DNA of 32,000 nucleotides, taken from the NCBI RefSeq assembly GCF_000025925.1, contig NC_014033.1, positions 1,170,001 to 1,202,000 of the forward strand, read 5' to 3'. Below the pieces are notes generated by a model. That model did not search any database, was not told the DNA's origin, and saw only the letters and a program-made list of their open reading frames with translations. The DNA is from Xylanibacter ruminicola 23. GTDB lineage: Bacteria > Bacteroidota > Bacteroidia > Bacteroidales > Bacteroidaceae. The position numbers were made by a program, and so were the translations under genes. Below are positions 23,918 through 32,000 of the stretch, piece by piece. Each line of letters begins with the position of its first letter. The first letter of the stretch is position 1.

Positions 23918-24339
23918 TGAGATTATTTAAACAGCTTACACTTGCCATCGTGCTGATGGCTGCCGGCACCGCTAACGTGCAGGCACAAAATGTGAAGGTT
24001 CCACATGCGTATATGTTCGGATTCGTTGCTTCGTTCAACGATTCAACCGTATATTTCACTAATATCCAGAAGGTTGACAGCGTTTGGGTTACCAAGAAAA
24101 AGCAGATGCTGGCTGGCAGACATAACTACAGCTATCAGCTGCGCGAGTTTTTTGCCAATCAGCGCAACCTGCCCAACCGTACTTGTGTGGTAGTGGCCAA
24201 CGTTGACCGCAAGAAGGTTGAGAAGAAGTACACCAAGATGAAGAACAAATATCTGGTTAAGAGCAAGAAACCCTACGATGTGCGCAACGTAGCCGAAACG
24301 GACTTTAAGTTCACCGCCGTAGATATGAGTAACGATTAA
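23917..24339 (+). CDS. Secreted hypothetical protein (140 aa), start overlaps the rpoD stop (TAATG)
   Basis: The signal peptide is [23 protein letters not shown]. The mature part is basic, and a terminator follows. Confidence 0.7.
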   Translation: MRLFKQLTLAIVLMAAGTANVQAQNVKVPHAYMFGFVASFNDSTVYFTNIQKVDSVWVTKKKQMLAGRHNYSYQLREFFANQRNLPNRTCVVVANVDRKKVEKKYTKMKNKYLVKSKKPYDVRNVAETDFKFTAVDMSND

Positions 24340-24341
24340 AT

Positions 24342-24375
24342 AAAAAAGCCCTCGCAAATTTGCGGGGGCCTTTTT
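24342..24375. terminator. Bidirectional intrinsic terminator
   Basis: The GCCCTCGCAAA/TTTGCGGGGGC stem is flanked by an A-run and a T-run, between convergent genes. Confidence 0.75.
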
Positions 24376-24376
24376 G

Positions 24377-25687
24377 TTATCGGGGATTATTGATTTCAAA
24401 CACCTTCATGCGTTCCTCGAGTTGCGCGTATTGGTGATCCTCGATAAACGAGGTACATACTCGCAAGCCTTCCTGTTCGGAACCACAGGTAATCAAGCAG
24501 ATGGCCGAAACTCCGTAGTACATCAGTTCCTTAGCCAACTGGCCAGATGTCATGCCGGGATAACCAATGGTAAAGTAGAATCCGTCGGCAATGGGTTCGT
24601 CCAAATCCTTATCGTAGACCACATAGAAATTGTGGCGACAGAAGATTTCCTTCAGTTTCTTGGCACGCTCGCCATATACGCTAATCTCCTTGCGGAAATC
24701 GTACTTACCCTCGTAAGCGGCCTTGAGCATAGCGGCCATTGCATATTGGGCGCTATGACTGGTACCCGAACTCAACGCATACAGCATACGGGTTGAGAAT
24801 ACAGGACCGAAGGGCAGGCCCTGATAACGGGCAGCCAGATCGGGAAAATGGCGATGGAACAGCTTATCGCTGATGCAAACCACACCAATACGCTCGCCAG
24901 CATAGCTGAATGCCTTTGAACCTGAGATGAGCAGCATATAATTATCGGTATAACGGGCTACTGTGGCCTGATAAGGGGCCTCGAAGGGTTTCGAGAGATC
25001 CTTACGGAAGTCCATAGCAAAGTAAGCCAGATCCTCCATCACGATGGCATCGTATTTGGTGGCCAGCTCGCCGATAATCTGCAACTCCTCTTCGCGCAAA
25101 CAAATCCACGAGGGGTTGTTGGGGTTTGAATATACGATAGCGCAGATGTTACCATTGCTCATGTAGCTCTCGAGCTTGCCACGCAGCTTGTCGCCACGAT
25201 AGTTATACACGTCGAAAGTCTCGTACTTCACGCCCATTACCTGCAGCTGCATCTTCTGTACTGGGAATCCTGGGTCGATAAACAGCACGGTATCCTTCTG
25301 TTTGTCGCACTGCGAGCAGGTGAGGAACGAGGCGAAAGTGCCCTGCATCGAACCTGTTACAGGTACGCAGCCTTCGGGTTTGATATCTACGCCGATAAAG
25401 GCTTTTACAAACTGCGAAGCAGCCTCCTTGAGTACGGGCGCACCCTGGATGTCGGGATACGAATGGGCAATGCCACCTTCGAGGGCTTTTATCTGGGCAT
25501 CAACGCCTACCTGAGCGGCGGGCAAACCAGGAATACCCATCTCCATCTTGATGAACTCTACCCCACTCGCTTTCTCGGCCTTAGCAGCTACCTGCTTCAC
25601 CTCGCGGATGGTAGCCTTGGCAAAATCCTCAATGCCAAGCTCCGCTACCAGCGAGTCAACTATTTCTCTTTTAATCGGAGTTTCCAT
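24377..25687 (-). CDS. PLP-dependent aminotransferase, class I/II fold
   Basis: It has the PLP-lysine context LISGSKAFSYAGERIG, plus YSNPNNPSW and MEDLAY, typical of fold-type I aminotransferases. I chose the start at METPIK (25687). Confidence 0.8.
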   Translation of the reverse strand: METPIKREIVDSLVAELGIEDFAKATIREVKQVAAKAEKASGVEFIKMEMGIPGLPAAQVGVDAQIKALEGGIAHSYPDIQGAPVLKEAASQFVKAFIGVDIKPEGCVPVTGSMQGTFASFLTCSQCDKQKDTVLFIDPGFPVQKMQLQVMGVKYETFDVYNYRGDKLRGKLESYMSNGNICAIVYSNPNNPSWICLREEELQIIGELATKYDAIVMEDLAYFAMDFRKDLSKPFEAPYQATVARYTDNYMLLISGSKAFSYAGERIGVVCISDKLFHRHFPDLAARYQGLPFGPVFSTRMLYALSSGTSHSAQYAMAAMLKAAYEGKYDFRKEISVYGERAKKLKEIFCRHNFYVVYDKDLDEPIADGFYFTIGYPGMTSGQLAKELMYYGVSAICLITCGSEQEGLRVCTSFIEDHQYAQLEERMKVFEINNPR

Positions 25688-25701
25688 AAAAATTATTTTT
25701 T

Positions 25702-25800
25702 GGCACGGATTAACACGGCTCTTTTTCAAAGAGACACTGCTGTTTTTATCGCAGTAAATCCGTGTCTTTTAATTTATTAAAAGCCGCGTTAATCCGTGCC
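25702..25800. repeat. 17-bp inverted repeat (one mismatch) enclosing a multi-hairpin spacer between iorB and the aminotransferase gene
   Basis: ggcacggattaacacgg (25702-25718) pairs with ccgcgttaatccgtgcc (25784-25800). The interior contains ctctttttcaaagag and cttttaat..attaaaag hairpins and a further CACGGAT word. Confidence 0.8.
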
Positions 25801-25807
25801 TAATTAA

Positions 25808-26380
25808 TCATTTTTGCGCTACTTTACCGATGGCGAGGGCTTTGATGTTAGCCTCTACGATGGCATCGCCTTTGCGGGCGAAGACACGACGGATGGCATC
25901 CTCTAACTTATCGTACTCGATACCCAAGGCTTTCTGGGCTGCACCCAGCAGAATCACGTTGGCCGAACGGGGCACACCATTATCCTTAGCAGCCTGCTCG
26001 ATATCCAGCACAATCACATTCTTTACGCTCTCCAAATCCTGCTTAATCTTCTCGATATCAGGATAGTTTGGAATATTTACGAAAGGAGCACTCGAAGTGA
26101 TAATCCAACCATCCTTAGCCAAGAATGGCAGATAACGCAGAGCCTCCATGGGCTCCATCGAGATAATCACATCGGCACCACCCAGCGGAATCAGATCGCT
26201 GCTGATGGGGTTGCTCGAGATGCGCAGATTCGACTGTACGTCGCCACCACGCTGACTCATACCGTGTACCTCGGCCTGCTTGATATAGAGGTTCTCCTTC
26301 ATGGCAGCCTCGCCTATGATGGTAGCAATCGAGAGGATACCCTGACCGCCTACTCCACAAAGAATTATATCGGTTTTCAT
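25808..26380 (-). CDS. iorB: Indolepyruvate:ferredoxin oxidoreductase, beta subunit
   Basis: MKTDIILCGVGGQGILS... is the pyruvate/2-ketoacid oxidoreductase gamma-type domain. The gene lies 27 nt downstream of iorA. Confidence 0.85.
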   Translation of the reverse strand: MKTDIILCGVGGQGILSIATIIGEAAMKENLYIKQAEVHGMSQRGGDVQSNLRISSNPISSDLIPLGGADVIISMEPMEALRYLPFLAKDGWIITSSAPFVNIPNYPDIEKIKQDLESVKNVIVLDIEQAAKDNGVPRSANVILLGAAQKALGIEYDKLEDAIRRVFARKGDAIVEANIKALAIGKVAQK

Positions 26381-26407
26381 CGTTTTATTTTTTATTTTCT
26401 GCTATTA

Positions 26408-28009
26408 TTATTTATTGGCTTTCTTTTGCTTAAGGTGGCGCTGCAGCGTTTGCATGCACTCACGACGAGGAATAATCACGCTCACACCGTGATAGTTAAT
26501 CTCCTCGCGGATGGCTGCTGTAATCTCGGGCATGTTCTTGGGGATGGGGTTAACCACCTTGAGGTGATCCTCTGAGAGGCCCAGTCCCTTACAGATAGCC
26601 TCGAACTTATTGGTACCAGCCGAATCCTGTCCGCCAGTCATAGCGGTGGTCAGGTTGTCGCTGATAATCACAGTGATGTCGGCATTCTCGTTGATAGCAT
26701 CCAGCAAACCAGTCATACCGCTGTGGGTAAAGGTTGAGTCGCCGATGATGGCTACAGCAGGCCACTGACCAGCGTCGCTGGCACCCTTGGCCATTGTGAT
26801 AGATGCACCCATATCTACGCAGCTGTGGATGGCTTTGTAGGGAGGCAGGAATCCCAGTGTGTAGCAACCGATATCACCAAACACGCGGGCGTTGGGATAC
26901 TCCTTCAGTACCTCGTTCAGGGCGGTGTAAACATCGCGGTGACCGCAACCCTGACACAGTGCAGGTGGACGTGGAGTTACATCCTCGCAAGGTGCATAGC
27001 TCTCGCTGCTCTCAAGACCCAGTGTCTTCTTCAGGAAGTCGGGATTCAACTCGCCTGTACGAGGCAGCTCGCCTGTTAAGCGACCCTTGATGACAGCGTT
27101 GCCGGGCATCACACCACGAACCTGATCCTCGATGAATGGCTGACCCTCTTCGGCTATCAGTACCTGCTCGCAATCGTCGGTCATACGTCGGATGAGCTTC
27201 TTGGGGATAGGATACTGCGAAATCTTGAGTACGGGGAAAGGACAACCTTCGGGATAGCACTCCATCAGGTAGTTGTAGGCAATACCGCTGGCGATGATAC
27301 CCAACTTATGGTCGGCGCCATCGATATACTTGTTATATTTGCTCTCAACAGCCATCTGCTCCAGCAAAGGTTGCTGACCGGTTACTACTACATTACGCTT
27401 GCGGGCAAAGGCGGGCAAAAGTACCCAGTTACTAGCCTGGGCATTGTAGTTAAGCTCGTTCTGTGGGCGGGCCTCGTCTTTCACCTCAACTACGGCACGA
27501 CTGTGAGCCATACGGGTGGTAACACGCATCAGGATGGGCAGGTGCAGATTCTCCGACATATCGAAAGCCTCCTGCATCATATCGTAGGCCTCCTGCTGCG
27601 AGCTGGGCTCCAAGGTTGGAATCATGGCAAACTTAGCATAGAAACGTGAGTCCTGCTCGTCCTGCGATGAGTGCATCGATGGGTCGTCGGCTACCAGAAC
27701 CACAACACCACCGTTGGTACCCGTCATAGCCGAGTTAACAAACGGATCGGCACAAACGTTCAAACCTACATGTTTCATACACACCAGTGCCCTCTTGCCC
27801 ATATACGACATACCGAGTGCAGCCTCCATAGCCGTCTTCTCGTTAGTGCTCCAACGGCGGTGGATGTTGCGCTCTTTGGCAATGGCCGACTCCTGGATAT
27901 ACTCAGTAATCTCCGTTGATGGAGTGCCGGGATAGGCATATACACCGCTCAGACCAGCATCGATAGCGCCCTGAGCAATAGCCTCGTCTCCCAATAAAAG
28001 CTTTTTCAT
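26408..28009 (-). CDS. iorA: Indolepyruvate:ferredoxin oxidoreductase, alpha subunit (TPP-dependent)
   Basis: LLGDEAIAQGAIDAGLSGVYAYPGTPSTEI is the IorA N-terminus. It also has CQGCGHRD and the TPP-binding GDSTFTHSG. Confidence 0.88.
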   Translation of the reverse strand: MKKLLLGDEAIAQGAIDAGLSGVYAYPGTPSTEITEYIQESAIAKERNIHRRWSTNEKTAMEAALGMSYMGKRALVCMKHVGLNVCADPFVNSAMTGTNGGVVVLVADDPSMHSSQDEQDSRFYAKFAMIPTLEPSSQQEAYDMMQEAFDMSENLHLPILMRVTTRMAHSRAVVEVKDEARPQNELNYNAQASNWVLLPAFARKRNVVVTGQQPLLEQMAVESKYNKYIDGADHKLGIIASGIAYNYLMECYPEGCPFPVLKISQYPIPKKLIRRMTDDCEQVLIAEEGQPFIEDQVRGVMPGNAVIKGRLTGELPRTGELNPDFLKKTLGLESSESYAPCEDVTPRPPALCQGCGHRDVYTALNEVLKEYPNARVFGDIGCYTLGFLPPYKAIHSCVDMGASITMAKGASDAGQWPAVAIIGDSTFTHSGMTGLLDAINENADITVIISDNLTTAMTGGQDSAGTNKFEAICKGLGLSEDHLKVVNPIPKNMPEITAAIREEINYHGVSVIIPRRECMQTLQRHLKQKKANK

Positions 28010-28070
28010 CTGACTAATTTATATTTTACAATTTTACGATTTTCAATTATGTGATATTATCTATCAGGGG

Positions 28071-28078
28071 CAAAGGTA
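28071..28078 (-). promoter_or_regulatory. -7 box TAccTTTG for the iorAB-aminotransferase operon
   Basis: Plus-strand caaaggta lies about 60 nt upstream of the ATG at 28009. Confidence 0.5.
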
Positions 28079-28105
28079 GGCATTTTTGCGCAAATAGCCA
28101 AAAAA

Positions 28106-28137
28106 ATACGGCTTAATTTGCATAAGCCGTATTTTTA
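28106..28137. terminator. Intrinsic terminator (10-bp stem) after the beta-barrel gene
   Basis: ATACGGCTTA-atttgca-TAAGCCGTAT is flanked by an A-run and a T-run. Confidence 0.75.
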
Positions 28138-28221
28138 TTCATATAAACTTTCAGTTTTTTAATTTCTACAATCTAAAATCTTACAATTTTTACATTTTCT
28201 AATTGTTACATTTTTACATTA

Positions 28222-29793
28222 TCAGAAAGTGTATCCGATGGTAAGCAAACCTTGGCTGCGCTTGTTGCTAACCTTAGTAACACCTGTGCTAACGCTTGTT
28301 GAAGAAGCGAGACTCTGATAGTCCTGGAATGGGTGGAACTCACCATCAGTATTGCTCAGCTGGTAAGCCAGGTCGATGTTCATCTTACCTACCTTGAAAC
28401 CTACACCGCAGGTAAAGCGATTAGTATCCTTCCAGTTTACATAGTCGGTTGTAGAAGCGTACATAGTGCCTGGGCTGTCGACAGTCATATCGCGAACACC
28501 ATCCATCTTGTAACCGCTGGTGATGTAGTTGTAGCCTACACGGAATGCTACTTCGGGAACGGGCTTGTACTCTGCACCCAACTTCAGGGTTGATACACCC
28601 TTGAGCGAACGTTCGGTATTGGCCTTCATGGCTACATCCTTCGAGGTCTCGGCATTGTCGTAATAGTCGTAACCATCGATGATGCGGTTCTGGCTGGCGC
28701 TGTAGTCGGTGTACTCGTAACCTGCACCCAGAGCAAACTGGGTACCGATGGTGGTTCCAAGGCTCAAACCAAACTTCCAAGGTGTGTGGTAAGCAAAGTC
28801 GTAGCTCTCCTGACTCTGACCTTTATCCCAAGAACCGTAAGGGGTGTTGTTAACCATAGCGCTTGAGTTGCTCGAGGTAAGCTCGTACCAGGTTGGTGTG
28901 TGGATGTAAGCACCGATGCGGAATGGCGACTCCTCGACAGGACGGAAGATAGCACCAAACTTCAGGTTGATACCAGTACCGGTAATCTTACGCTCGTCGC
29001 CATAAGCCAGCGAACCAGTTTTAATACCTTGCGAATCAAGGATGGTCTCGGCATACTCCGAATAACCCTTATAGTGTACATCCTGTACGCCAACAGTCAG
29101 TCCCCAGAAGAAACGGTCGTTGTAGTTACCGCTCAGGTTGAAGTCGTAATCGGCAATCCATCCGCGATGGGCACGATCAAAGCTGTAGGCACCAGCCTCG
29201 TTCCAATAAAAGTACTGATCATCAGGATCGAGCAGGAACACGTTGGCGTTCATATAGTCGGCCTGATTATAGCGGTATGAGCGATAGTCGCCCTCCCATC
29301 CCATCACTTCGCCTTGCTTGTTCTCGTCGAACTCATAAAGTCCGCGAGCGGCCTTTTCGTAGGTGAGTCCGTTCTGTGAGCAACCGCGCAATGAGTTGGC
29401 AGCCGACAGAATCTGGTCGAAGTTCTTACTCTTGTGGTAGTTGAAGCCCACATTAATAAAAGAGGTGGGACTAACGCGAGCCGAGTAAACAAAACCAGCC
29501 TGATCAAAGCTCATATTGGTTTTATTCAGTCCGTCGAATTCCTTAGCGTCGGCCTGCGAAACCACGCCGAAACTCAAACTGGCTGTTGAGTGGCGGAAGA
29601 GTCCGATACCAGCAGGGTTCGTACCCATGGTTGAGATATCGGCACCCAAAGCCTCCATTGCTCCACCCATACCTACATAGCGGGCGGTTCCGTTCAGATC
29701 GCTACCCAGCAAGCGGGCGCTCTCGTATGTATCCTGTGCAGCTGCTGGCAAAACTAAGCCCATAGCAATCGCTGCCAATAAAACCTTCTTCAT
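28222..29793 (-). CDS. Outer-membrane beta-barrel protein (FadL/OmpP1/PorV-like, family uncertain)
   Basis: It has the signal peptide MKKVLLAAIAMGLVLPAAAQ, the N-terminal motif ARYVGMGGAMEALGADISTMGTNPAGIG, alternating amphipathic strands, and the C-terminus TIGYTF with a terminal Phe typical of OMPs. Confidence 0.75.
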   Translation of the reverse strand: MKKVLLAAIAMGLVLPAAAQDTYESARLLGSDLNGTARYVGMGGAMEALGADISTMGTNPAGIGLFRHSTASLSFGVVSQADAKEFDGLNKTNMSFDQAGFVYSARVSPTSFINVGFNYHKSKNFDQILSAANSLRGCSQNGLTYEKAARGLYEFDENKQGEVMGWEGDYRSYRYNQADYMNANVFLLDPDDQYFYWNEAGAYSFDRAHRGWIADYDFNLSGNYNDRFFWGLTVGVQDVHYKGYSEYAETILDSQGIKTGSLAYGDERKITGTGINLKFGAIFRPVEESPFRIGAYIHTPTWYELTSSNSSAMVNNTPYGSWDKGQSQESYDFAYHTPWKFGLSLGTTIGTQFALGAGYEYTDYSASQNRIIDGYDYYDNAETSKDVAMKANTERSLKGVSTLKLGAEYKPVPEVAFRVGYNYITSGYKMDGVRDMTVDSPGTMYASTTDYVNWKDTNRFTCGVGFKVGKMNIDLAYQLSNTDGEFHPFQDYQSLASSTSVSTGVTKVSNKRSQGLLTIGYTF

Positions 29794-29804
29794 AATGGCA
29801 ATAT

Positions 29805-29837
29805 AATGTTTAATGTATTAATGTTCAATGTTCAATG
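29805..29837. repeat. Tandem heptamer repeat (AATGTTn)x5, the reverse complement of the AACATT family
   Basis: aatgttt aatgtat taatgtt caatgtt caatgtc fills the 44-nt spacer between the W/Y-rich gene and the beta-barrel gene. Confidence 0.85.
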
Positions 29838-30833
29838 TCAGCGGCGTCCTCCCATACGGCTACCACCGCCGCCACCGCCACCAGAGCTACGAGAACCTCC
29901 GAAGCTACCACTGCTACTGCTGCTGCCAAAGCTACCGCTGCTTGAGCGTGATGGACTGCTGTAAGTAGAGTTAGAGCGAGTTGGTGACGAGTAATTATAA
30001 TTAGAGTTGTTACCACCACGGCGACCGCTGAAGTTACCAGAGTTGCTGCGCTGTGTGTTACCGCTGCTATATACACGGTCGCCACCCATTCTGCTGGCGC
30101 GATCTCTCAGGCTGCCCATACGCGAACTGCTGTTGGCAACAGAGTTGCGGTATGAAGGTCGACGACCTGTGCTGCCCTTGATGTCGATAGAACCGGCATT
30201 GCCTGTATGACCGTAGTAGTGTGTTCGACCACCGCCGCCACCACCATAGTAATAGGGATAACCCCAGTAGCGATAAGGCGAATACCAGCTGTAGTAGCCG
30301 TAGTAGCCATAATATGGCCAACCCCATGTGCTCCAATATGGATCGTACCAGCCGTAGTAGTAAGGATCCCACCAGCTCAGGTAGTATGGATTGTTCCACA
30401 TTACGCTGCTATACCATGAACCATAGTACCAGGGATCGTACCAGCCGTAACGACTGTAGTACCAAGGTGAGTGCCAACCCCAAGTGCTTGAACCAGCACG
30501 ATAACCAGCCCAGAAAGCAGCATTGCTGCTCACGTCGTAGTCATCAAAGCGAACCATGTTCTTGGTCAGGGCAAAATCCTCAGCCTCTAGCGTGTCGGCA
30601 GGATAAACACCCTTTCCATCAGTAAAGTCGATTACATCTAACTTGGTAGTATCACCGTCAATCACCTCGTAGCTGCTCTTGGCTTTTGACTGCGGAGCCA
30701 CCACGGGGGCGATATCCTTCACATGCTCTACCTGTGCCTTCTTCTTTGGTACGAAGTAGAGGTCGTCGTCCTGAGCCATCATCGAGAGAGGCATGGCTCC
30801 GATCAGCATTGAAATTAGTAACAGTTTCTTCAT
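29838..30833 (-). CDS. Secreted low-complexity protein: signal peptide, ~85-aa N-domain, ~90-aa Trp/Tyr-rich core, Ser/Gly/Arg/Asn-rich tail
   Basis: The signal peptide is MKKLLLISMLIGAMPLSMMA. The core WGWHSPWYYSRYGWYDPWYYGSWY...YYGYYGYYSWYSPYRYWGYPYYYGGGGGG is 44 W/Y of 89 residues by my count (DNA 30246-30512). The tail is RGG/SSS-type. A TAttTTTG box lies at 30862-30869. Confidence 0.75.
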   Translation of the reverse strand: MKKLLLISMLIGAMPLSMMAQDDDLYFVPKKKAQVEHVKDIAPVVAPQSKAKSSYEVIDGDTTKLDVIDFTDGKGVYPADTLEAEDFALTKNMVRFDDYDVSSNAAFWAGYRAGSSTWGWHSPWYYSRYGWYDPWYYGSWYSSVMWNNPYYLSWWDPYYYGWYDPYWSTWGWPYYGYYGYYSWYSPYRYWGYPYYYGGGGGGRTHYYGHTGNAGSIDIKGSTGRRPSYRNSVANSSSRMGSLRDRASRMGGDRVYSSGNTQRSNSGNFSGRRGGNNSNYNYSSPTRSNSTYSSPSRSSSGSFGSSSSSGSFGGSRSSGGGGGGGSRMGGRR

Positions 30834-30934
30834 TTTCTTCTAAGTTTAATGATTCACGTTGCAAAAATACAACGAATTTTGGTGCAAAAATAGGGAAAAA
30901 CCCTAACTTATGATAGGATTTTCCCTAATTTTTG

Positions 30935-30942
30935 TAATTTTG
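30935..30942 (+). promoter_or_regulatory. -7 box TAatTTTG for prmA
   Basis: taattttg lies about 20 nt upstream of the ATG at 30963. Confidence 0.5.
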
Positions 30943-30962
30943 CCTCAAAAATTAACGATTAT

Positions 30963-31805
30963 ATGAAGTATTTTGAGGTAGAATTCACCATTTCACCCTA
31001 TTCGGCCGATGCTGCCGACCTGTTTGCATCGCTTGCTGGCGAGGCTGGTTTCGAAACTTTCGAGGAAACCGAAACAGGCTTGAAGGGTTATGTGCAGCAG
31101 TCGCTCTTCGATGAAGATGCACTGCGCGAGTGTATCGAGGATTTCCCTTTCGAGGGTACCTCTATTATATATAATGTACGCGAGGCCGAGGATCGCGACT
31201 GGAATGAGCAATGGGAACAGGAGGGTTTTGAGCCCATCGTGATTGCCGACCAACTGGTGATTCACGACGGTCGCCATCTGCCCGAGGTGGATAGTAAGGT
31301 ACAGATCGAAATCGATGCCAAGCTGGCCTTTGGTACCGGTACCCACGAAACCACACGTATGATTTGTACCCAGCTGCTGAAGTTGGCCAAAGGTCGCGTG
31401 CTGGATTGCGGCACAGGTACGGGTATCCTTTCTATCTGCGCCCTGAAATTGGGTGCAACCGAGGCTGTAGGTTACGATATCGACGAATGGAGCGTAGATA
31501 ATGCCCGCCATAACGCCGTGATTAATCGTGTTGACGATCGATTCACTTCGCTTTTGGGCGACGCTAAAATACTCGAAAATATCGACGAAAAATTCGATAT
31601 TGTGCTGGCTAACATCAACAGAAATATCCTTTTGGCCGACATGCCGATGTTTGTTAGCAAGATGCACGAGGACTCGCTGCTTATCCTAAGTGGCTTCTAC
31701 TCAGACGATTGCGAAATTCTGATAGAAAAAGCCCATTCCATCGGACTAAAGTTGGTATCGAAGACTACCGACCATGATTGGGCTTGCCTAGTACTGAAGC
31801 ATTAA
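30963..31805 (+). CDS. prmA: Ribosomal protein L11 methyltransferase
   Basis: LAFGTGTHETTRMC, the SAM motif VLDCGTGTGILSI and the ANINRNIL segment are typical of PrmA. Confidence 0.9.
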   Translation: MKYFEVEFTISPYSADAADLFASLAGEAGFETFEETETGLKGYVQQSLFDEDALRECIEDFPFEGTSIIYNVREAEDRDWNEQWEQEGFEPIVIADQLVIHDGRHLPEVDSKVQIEIDAKLAFGTGTHETTRMICTQLLKLAKGRVLDCGTGTGILSICALKLGATEAVGYDIDEWSVDNARHNAVINRVDDRFTSLLGDAKILENIDEKFDIVLANINRNILLADMPMFVSKMHEDSLLILSGFYSDDCEILIEKAHSIGLKLVSKTTDHDWACLVLKH

Positions 31806-31846
31806 TATGCAGATAATATAAATATTGTTAAGAATACACCGAAACA

Positions 31847-31878
31847 TTTGGTGATTACATTTTTAATCAGTACCTTTG
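31847..31878 (+). promoter_or_regulatory. Consensus promoter (-33 TTTG, 20-nt spacer, -7 TAccTTTG) with no ORF behind it
   Basis: TTTG lies at 31847-31850 and TACCTTTG at 31871-31878. Confidence 0.55.
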
Positions 31879-31884
31879 CACTCG

Positions 31885-31968
31885 ATTTTAATGGTTAAGG
31901 TTTATGGTTGATTAATTTAGTTTTTTAACGAAAGAGGCTAGCAGTGAATGCTCGCCTCTTTTTGTTTT
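31885..31968 (+). ncRNA. Candidate ~80-nt small RNA, or the leader of a gene beyond the window
   Basis: It is bounded by the consensus promoter and an intrinsic terminator: AGAGGCTAGCA-gtgaa-TGCTCGCCTCT (31933-31959, one mismatch) followed by TTTTGTTTT. The only reading frame inside it is 6 codons long. Confidence 0.35.
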
Positions 31969-32000
31969 ATAAAAAATCGCAGAAAAACGCATTTTCGTTT

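Noticed and set aside
30007-30625. Several 60-134-aa ORFs in other frames and on the other strand of the W/Y-rich gene (for example 30221-30625 plus, 30067-30399 minus)
   Set aside because: They are artefacts of the repetitive TAC/TGG/GGT-rich sequence. Only the 29838-30833 frame has a signal peptide, a promoter and a sensible start and stop context.
1-32000. Scan for CRISPR arrays, tRNA/rRNA genes (GGTTCGAATCC-type T-arms), integrases, transposases, reverse transcriptases and group II intron domain V
   Set aside because: I recognised none on either strand. The accessory block therefore cannot be assigned to a known mobile-element class from this window alone.

Overview
The window looks like a Bacteroidales chromosome segment, probably Prevotella/Segatella-like. 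This is inferred from three things: nearly every gene is preceded by the Bacteroidetes sigma-A -7 box TAnnTTTG (often with a -33 TTTG), there are no Shine-Dalgarno sites, and the thrA / PGM-like / thrC gene order is typical of the group. From about 6.4 kb to 32 kb the content is mostly ordinary core genes: an HU-like DNA-binding protein plus a tiny membrane peptide, a C11 clostripain-like lipoprotein peptidase, a large MscS/MscK-type mechanosensitive channel, a secreted HExxH protein, a TlpA-like thiol-disulfide oxidoreductase, PgeF/YfiH, the thr operon, a YihY/BrkB membrane protein, RNase P RNA (rnpB), an HtrA/DegQ protease, the primary sigma factor, an iorA-iorB-aminotransferase operon, an outer-membrane beta-barrel gene paired with an extremely Trp/Tyr-rich secreted protein, and prmA. 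The left ~6 kb (1-5800) is different. It is AT-rich and accessory-looking, with five consecutive minus-strand genes that each have their own promoter: a truncated ORF, a Dam-class N6-adenine methyltransferase, a wHTH plus PD-(D/E)xK-like nuclease candidate, a 368-aa protein with no motif I recognise, and an AlbA_2/Schlafen-like + HATPase_c_4 + wHTH protein. This block also contains a ~470-bp non-coding, hairpin-rich spacer with its own promoter upstream of dam, and duplicated ~70-bp promoter cassettes. I regard it as a candidate defence island and the most likely place for an undescribed system. The second candidate is the W/Y-rich protein plus beta-barrel pair at 28.2-30.8 kb. I saw no CRISPR array, tRNA, rRNA, integrase or transposase. 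All homology statements rest on motif recognition by eye; no searches were run.
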